Shown piece after piece: positions 59,358 through 64,000 of a stretch of 64,000 bases of DNA; within the stretch, counting starts at the first letter, position 1, and every line of letters begins with the position of its first letter. The notes below the pieces were generated by a model that searched no databases, had not been told where the DNA came from, and saw only the letters and a program-made list of their open reading frames with translations. Made by a program: the position numbers and the translations under genes. Origin of the DNA: Octopus vulgaris (taxonomy: Eukaryota). Location of the stretch: the NCBI GenBank assembly GCA_951406725.2, contig OX597823.1:117800001-117864000 (forward strand). The letters are read 5' to 3'.

Positions 59358-59460
59358 TTGACTACATGCATTTTGTGACTATATCTTTAAATTGATAATA
59401 ATAAAATCGATACTATTAAAATTAATTCGATTTAAAAATATAGCCACTCTTCAGGTCTAA
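59358..59460 (-). ncRNA. Hammerhead copy with G12>A core mutation
   Basis: GAC-CTGAAGA-[stem II]-AAAA-TGCATG-TA-GTC. The altered base is 59374. Confidence 0.65.
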
Positions 59461-59860
59461 AATAATAAAATAAATGTATGTATGTTAACATATAATAATT
59501 AACAAATAAATATAGAAATATACATATCGTAACAATAAATAATCAAGTAAAATATAACAATATTAATGAAAAATAAAATCATAACTTATCTCATTGAAGA
59601 ATACCAGTTAAGTGAAATTTTAAATGTTAAACTTATTATTTATGTCATATTTTCCCGTGATAAATTTCATAGCAACACTAAGTTCTAAGTTTAATGTTTA
59701 AAATTTCAGTTAACTGGTACTCTTCAATAAGATAAGTTATGATTTTATTTTTCATTAATATTGTTATATTTTATTTGATTACTTATTGTTATGATATGTA
59801 TATTTCTATATTTATTTGTTAATTATTATATGTTAATATACATACATTTATTTTATTATT

Positions 59861-59960
59861 TTAGACCTGAAGAGTGGCTATATTTTTAAATTGAATTAAT
59901 TTTAATAGTATCGATTTTATTATCAGTTTAAAGATATAATCACGAAATGCGCGTAGTCAA
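59861..59960 (+). ncRNA. Type I hammerhead ribozyme motif with long stem II and intact core
   Basis: GAC-CTGAAGA-[GTGGCTATATTTTTAAATTGA...TCAGTTTAAAGATATAATCAC]-GAAA-TGCGCG-TA-GTC. Confidence 0.72.
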
Positions 59961-60524
59961 TTTAACGTTGATTTAATTTAGTGATTTTTTAGAATATGTT
60001 TCACTATTGAATTACTTAATAGAGGTTATTTCTCTTAATTATATACATATATTATATATTCAAATTTGATTTAGTTTGCTAAATTGAATTTTCCCTGTAA
60101 GTTTGGAATTTTATAATCCCTACTATTATTAATGATAATATTATGTATATATATGTGTGTGTGTGTATTGTTTGTGCATTCATAGTGCATTAGTATTATT
60201 TCAGTATAAGTAAATATATATATTCATGTACAACTGTACAAGTGAGAGTGCCTATCCATTGAAATACATTTGTATATTCTTCATACATCTGTATGCATTT
60301 TCTCTATCAGTGTGCATAAATACTTTGATGCTGAGTGTAAGGTAAGTATGTGTACGCTTGCATGTCTGACTATGCCCTGCATGCACACTCAATAATCAAC
60401 TTTAGATGGACAACTTCAAATAATCTTATTCAAAATAACTACCTTTATTTTACTGAATTTATAAACTCAACTTACAAGAGATATTTACATGCACAAATAA
60501 CAAGAAACAAATCAGTAAACTCAC

Positions 60525-60690
60525 ATGCTGTTCCATTTTTTCGTTCCAGTTTATAAAGAATGATATGCGAGTCCTCACAAAAAATAATTAGTATGTCTCC
60601 AAAAGTATTGAGAAGAAGAACCCTGGATTGAACTTTCATAACACATGCAAATGTATTGTCTAATTTACTGGAGCGAGGGTAGCAGCGAAT
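60525..60690 (-). CDS. RIC1: RIC1 internal coding exon (166 nt, phase 0 to 1)
   Basis: ttcatttcAG acceptor and GTGAGT donor. Encodes IRCYPRSSKLDNTFACVMKVQSRVLLLNTFGDILIIFCEDSHIILYKLERKNGTA, resembling vertebrate RIC1 LRVYLRTSNLDNAF...LYSIERK (from recall). Confidence 0.9.
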
Positions 60691-60769
60691 CTGAAATGAA
60701 AGGATAAGTATTAAATATATATATACATATATAACTACTTTGGTATACTTTGGGTATGTGTCTGTCAGT

Positions 60770-61110
60770 AGGTCAATTAAAGCACATTCACCATTTGGGC
60801 TAACTGATGTCACAAGGAAGGACATTCAGCTGCAGAAACCATACAAAATCAGACTGGAACCCGGTTCAGCTCCCCAGCTCACTGGTTTTCAGACAAACCA
60901 GCTGACCCATGCCAGCATGGAAAACAAATGTTAAACAAGGATGATGATGATGTTCCATGCTAGCATGGGTTGGAAGGTTTGACAAAATCCAATGTGTGCA
61001 AGAATTGCATCAAGCTCCAATGTCTGCTTTGGCATGGTTTTTTTTTTTTTTTTATAGCTGGATGCCTTTTCTAAATCCGACCACTTTACAGCATAGAATG
61101 TGTGCTTTTG
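60770..61110. mobile_element. Two decayed RTE 3' ends joined tail to tail
   Basis: The + copy ends CCCATGCCAGCATGG...(GAT)n at ~60950, and the - copy begins TTCCATGCTAGCATGGG at ~60953. Confidence 0.7.
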
Positions 61111-62205
61111 TTCATACTACTTGAATTAGTGAGACAGCCATGAAGTTCACAGGATGAACTAGGGTGGAGAGGCACTAGCCTTACACAAGGGGATCAGGGA
61201 ACTACTAATAAGAGCAAGGTGGAGAGTAGGCTCTTGCAGAGGGAGCTGCATGGTTACATCTAATAGAGTAAAAGTAGAAGAGGAGAAAAAGAGAAAAAAA
61301 TTATCAGTGGTAGCTGCAAAGCATAGACAATGGCAATAAGATGATCAGGTGACCCCACAAGGCACAAGCTGAGTAGAAATGGGTGCACGGGCCATTTGCA
61401 AGATTGAGTGGGAAAGTGAATGAGAACTGAAGGAGGCAGGATGCAGTCGAATGAAAGTAACAAGCAGCTGGATCAGTAAAGATGATACAGTTGCTTGGTG
61501 GGGGAAGGGCAAGAGAGAAATGATATAGAGGGATAGTCTGTGGAGCTGGGATGAGTGGGAGAGAGGCATAATGCACAAGTGGGGAGAGTCACTGTCTCAG
61601 CTGAACCCAAAACATAGTGCTTCCAGAACTCAGTTTTGCTGAGGAGGGTACATATTTTTGAGAACCTCATAATACGAGAGATCCCAGTCATTTGTCATCT
61701 CATCCATCAGGCTCAGGATCCTGAGGTCAGCTTTCACCATTTCATACCATATCTTCCTGAGTCTTCTTTTCTGCAGGTCCAAGCTACATTGAGTGAATGC
61801 ACTTCTTTATACAGTTCTCCTCATCCATACACATCATATGTCCATAAAGCATATCTTTCTTTGAACACAACATCCTGATTCCTCTTATACCCAGTTTTTC
61901 ACATACCACCTTTATTCTATTTATTCATGCACACTCACATTGCACATCCAACAGAGCACACTCCATCTCTTTCCCTTTGTTCTAACCAACGTGAGTAGCT
62001 TGAAGGTGATGATAGCTTTTCTTTCTGCTGATAAGAAAGAGATCAGTAATGTTCATAGCTTCACTGGAGTCACCTAAAGGTCCCTCGTTAGTGACACTGA
62101 TAAGTTTTGGGGGAAGTGGTAAATAGCAAACCCACAGAGTTGTTACCTATTGTTGGGGCAGTAACTACTTGAAACCGATTTGAATCTAGCACTAAATCAG
62201 GGAAA

Positions 62206-62620
62206 TTATTTACACTTTTCGCTAAAGGTTTGCCAATCAATCTCTAGGTAACTGGATGTTTTCCTAGATGCAGCTCTGAAGATACCAGAAAACTGTGTGT
62301 CTTGATGGCAGTTTCGGAGGTAAACATCTCCAAATAGAAGTGTTGATGTGCTTACACGAATATCGCAGAAAAATATTTCTTGCAGCGCCTGATTCAAGTC
62401 ATCAAAAGAAATTGCTGTAAAGCTTGAGTGGACATAGACCATCATGCGATTAGAGCGGTCTTTCCAGAATATGCTGAAGCCAGCCATGCTAAAAACACCA
62501 CCGTAGAATAAAGAATGTGTTCTGTGACTGTAATGAAATCGGGATCAATACATTTAACATAAGAGTTTAAAAGGCGGACCTTGTAACATAAAATTCGTTT
62601 ATTTAAATACAGTAGTTTAT
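62206..62620 (-). pseudogene. Degenerate LINE APE fragment
   Basis: DPDFITVTE and AGFSIFWKDR...MVYV resemble an APE N-terminus. Confidence 0.5.
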
Positions 62621-62837
62621 ATCTAGATTTAAACCTATCATAATTTGTAGGGTATATAGCATTTCATTCTTGCTTAGTCTCCGGGGCTTTTCCGTGCTTG
62701 TAATTACATTGAACATGGGTAAAAATATATTTGAACTCACGTGCATGAATTGAGTTATAAAAGGTTACCTCCCTTCGTCAAAGGAGTTGTTTCCCTTACT
62801 TTAATTACTTCCCTTGAATCTAAAAAAATTAACTGTT

Positions 62838-64000
62838 TGATAATGATAATGAAATTATTGTATACAGTGCTCAGGTGCACCACGACTTGTCAGAAAGTGC
62901 GTATAAAGTGTATGCAGTAATGTCTGGAAAGCGAACAATGTACGAGTCAGATACATGCTTGTGTGTGTATGGAGGGGAGGAAATCAGGTGTAGTGTTGAC
63001 GAATCTCAGGAAGCATGGAAGTTTTGAAGGATGCAGTGCTCCATGCTGTTTTCTGACTTTGTAAATATGTCCACGGGTGTTAGATGGGTGGAGTTTGAAA
63101 AGGTGCTCAGAGTTATTGTTTGTAAGATGGTTAATAATTTTATGGGTGTCTGCCAAGTCAGCTGCCAAACGTCAGAGTTTCAATGTGTCCATGCCCAGGG
63201 AAGTAAGGCGTTCAGAATATGGCAAATGCCTGATGGAGGGTATACTTTTGGTTGCACGTCGCTGAACGGCTTCCAGACGATTGATATCCTGGGCAAGATA
63301 GGGGTTCCAGATCGGTGATTCAAATTCCAGGTAAAGTCTTACCATAGCTATATAAAGCCGCAGATAGATAGTCGGAGAGCGGCTCACAAAGGATTTGGTG
63401 AATGATGCCAAGACACCCTCAGCCTTCTTGACAATTTTAGCGATGTGTTTTGTCCAATGCAAATCACTGTCAACAATAACACCCAGGTCACGTTCACATG
63501 AAGACTTTTTGAGACTAGTGTTGTGGAGGGAGTAGGTGGACGCTGGGTTTCTCCTCCCAAAATGCATGGTGGTACATTTGTCCACAGCCAGCTTGAGTTG
63601 CCAGTCCATGATCCACTGCTGCATTGTGTCTAGGTCTGCAACAGAGATCTATAGTGTACAGGATCTGACCTCTTTATTTCGAGGTACAGCTTGATGTCAT
63701 CTGCATATTTCAGCACTGTGGCATTCTTTAAGTTGGCATCTATGTCATTAACATAAGCAACAAATAAAAGGGGGCCAAGAACAGATCCCTGTGGTACACC
63801 AGATGTCATCTCATAGGGTGAAGAGTGCTGTCCTAGAACTGTGACAACCTCTTTTCGGCCGAAAATAAAGGACTTCAACCAGTTATAGAGTTCGTCTCTT
63901 AAGCCCAACGCAGAGAGCTTCACCAGAAGTCTTTTGTGTGGCACAGAGCTAAAAGCCTTAGCAAAGTCCAGGTAACCAACATCTACCCAGGATCCGCGAT
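62838..64000 (-). mobile_element. CR1-group LINE family C, 3' portion, continuing beyond the window
   Basis: [23 protein letters not shown] and LEAVQRRATK, with in-frame stops and a deletion. Short CATTAT tail. Confidence 0.9.

Larger units (their letters stand above)
59282..60037. repeat. Large inverted repeat: ~350-bp arms (59282-59635 / 59686-60037) with a 50-bp spacer
   Basis: The arms are reverse complements along their whole length, with scattered substitutions, mostly transitions. Confidence 0.95.

Overview
AT-rich eukaryotic genomic DNA. The repeat content ((TA)n/(TACA)n microsatellites, RTE LINEs with (GAT)n tails, tRNA-derived SINEs) points to a coleoid cephalopod, probably Octopus; this is inference. 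Seven phase-compatible GT-AG exons on the minus strand (60690 to 39568, 797 nt) encode the central part of RIC1, the RIC1-RGP1 Rab6 GEF subunit. I found no next exon in 1-39.5 kb, so that stretch is probably one very large intron. Bases 1-24.6 kb are a nest of young LINEs, each inserted in a (TA)n tract: RTE elements with a PHD finger inside the RT region, and two CR1-group families, one near-intact at ~5 kb with a Myb-like plus CCCH ORF1. The most unexpected signal is a set of type I hammerhead ribozyme motifs of the Penelope/retrozyme type. One complete motif lies at 9177-9254 in a ~330-nt ORF-less unit. A pair sits in the arms of a ~350-bp inverted repeat (59282-60037): the copy antisense to RIC1 has an intact core, while the sense copy has a catalytic G12>A change opposite a C in the predicted dsRNA. 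Several decayed copies occur elsewhere. A 39-nt 3'-end element with a covarying stem links two CR1-group LINEs and a SINE. Most ORFs in the supplied track are translations of simple repeats. All similarity calls are from recall of the families; no search was run.
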